Positions 43,203 through 43,920 of a stretch of DNA of 43,920 bases are shown piece by piece (position 1 is the stretch's first letter; each line of letters starts with the position of its first letter). The translations under genes were made by a program, and so were the position numbers. The DNA is from a virus. Lineage: Duplodnaviria; Caudoviricetes. The notes under the pieces were generated by a model. It searched no databases, was not told where the DNA came from, and was given only the letters and a program-made list of their open reading frames with translations. The stretch spans positions 1 through 43,920 of the IMG/VR virus record IMGVR_UViG_3300015201_000001. One strand, 5' to 3'.

Positions 43203-43802
43203 TCAGTCCTCCTTGATCGTTTCCTTGAGCGCGACCGCGCTCAAGGCGTGCAGTCCGCCCTCACCCCAGGCGTACGCCAGGCTGAACTTCCAGCCCTTGC
43301 CGGGGACAGGGATCTCCGTGACGCCCCGGTCCTTCAGGTTGAGCAGGCCCTGGTCCGGCTCCTTGGCCACCCAGGCGGCCACCAGCCGCCGGGACGGCAG
43401 GACGCCCTCCTCCAGGCCGCCCTCCACCATCCGCAGCGCCAGCGAGTGGGTCAGCGCCCTGGTCTCGCCCTTGGCGCCCATGACCCAGCCCAGCGCGTAG
43501 GTGGCCTTGACGTGCCAGCCTTCGGACTCCGCCAGCTTGCGCACCGTCCGCGCCGCGCTGGGGATCTCGACCTCGTTGGCCAGCCGCGCCGGGACCAGCG
43601 GGGCCGGGTGAGCCGCCTTGGGCACCACCAGGTCCCGCTTGAAGAGGTCGGCAGGCTGGGGGGCCGGTGTCGGCTTGGGTGCCCCCGCCACCACCAGGTC
43701 CTGGTAGGCCCGCTCGATGGCCACCACGTGCACCGGCTGGCGCTTCTCGATGGCCGTGGCCGCGTCCAGGCCCGCCTGGCTGTAGGCACCCTCCGGGATC
43801 AT
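43203..43802 (-). CDS. Hypothetical protein
   Basis: AAGGAG RBS, ATGA overlap with the zinc-finger gene. Confidence 0.72.
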   Translation of the reverse strand: MIPEGAYSQAGLDAATAIEKRQPVHVVAIERAYQDLVVAGAPKPTPAPQPADLFKRDLVVPKAAHPAPLVPARLANEVEIPSAARTVRKLAESEGWHVKATYALGWVMGAKGETRALTHSLALRMVEGGLEEGVLPSRRLVAAWVAKEPDQGLLNLKDRGVTEIPVPGKGWKFSLAYAWGEGGLHALSAVALKETIKED

Positions 43803-43920
43803 GACTGCTCCTTGCTGGCCTTGAAGGCGGCCGTCCGCTCGTTGTGGGTGCGCTTGAGGTAGGCGCCCTTGGTGCCGATGCACCGTGCCACCGGCTTAGC
43901 CCCGCACTTGGGGCAGGCGA
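43798..43920. repeat. Terminal direct repeat (right copy)
   Basis: Identical to 1-123. Confidence 0.95.

Overview
The window is an apparently complete, circularly assembled ~43.8 kb genome (bases 1-123 recur at 43798-43920) of a high-GC siphovirus-type actinobacteriophage. The minus strand from ~19 to 43.8 kb carries packaging, head, tail and lysis genes: terminase, portal, MuF-like protein, scaffold, major capsid, neck, major tail, frameshifted tail chaperones, tape measure, minor tails, two-domain endolysin and holin-like proteins. The ~0.2-19 kb arm carries RusA, a Prim-Pol/AAA helicase, an SF2 helicase, a PD-(D/E)XK exonuclease, an SSB-like protein, HNH, a permuted papain-like protein, WhiB and many small ORFs. 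I see no integrase, ParAB or stand-alone DNA polymerase. Four things stand out. (1) A separately promoted DUF2637/Spd-like + FtsK/TraB-like module resembles the conjugative transfer genes of actinomycete plasmids, and its promoter shares a 16-bp box with a small RHH-like regulator gene. (2) A ~460-nt promoter-driven, highly base-paired noncoding region at 9713-10170 is a candidate structured ncRNA. (3) A 167-bp element with 11-bp-phased TGCAYTGAC repeats and a covarying hairpin occurs twice, 32.7 kb apart. (4) SigA-type promoters carry a 20-bp palindromic operator, and three of them form a tandem array of leaderless gene cassettes. All protein calls rest on motifs read by eye and on gene order; no searches were run.
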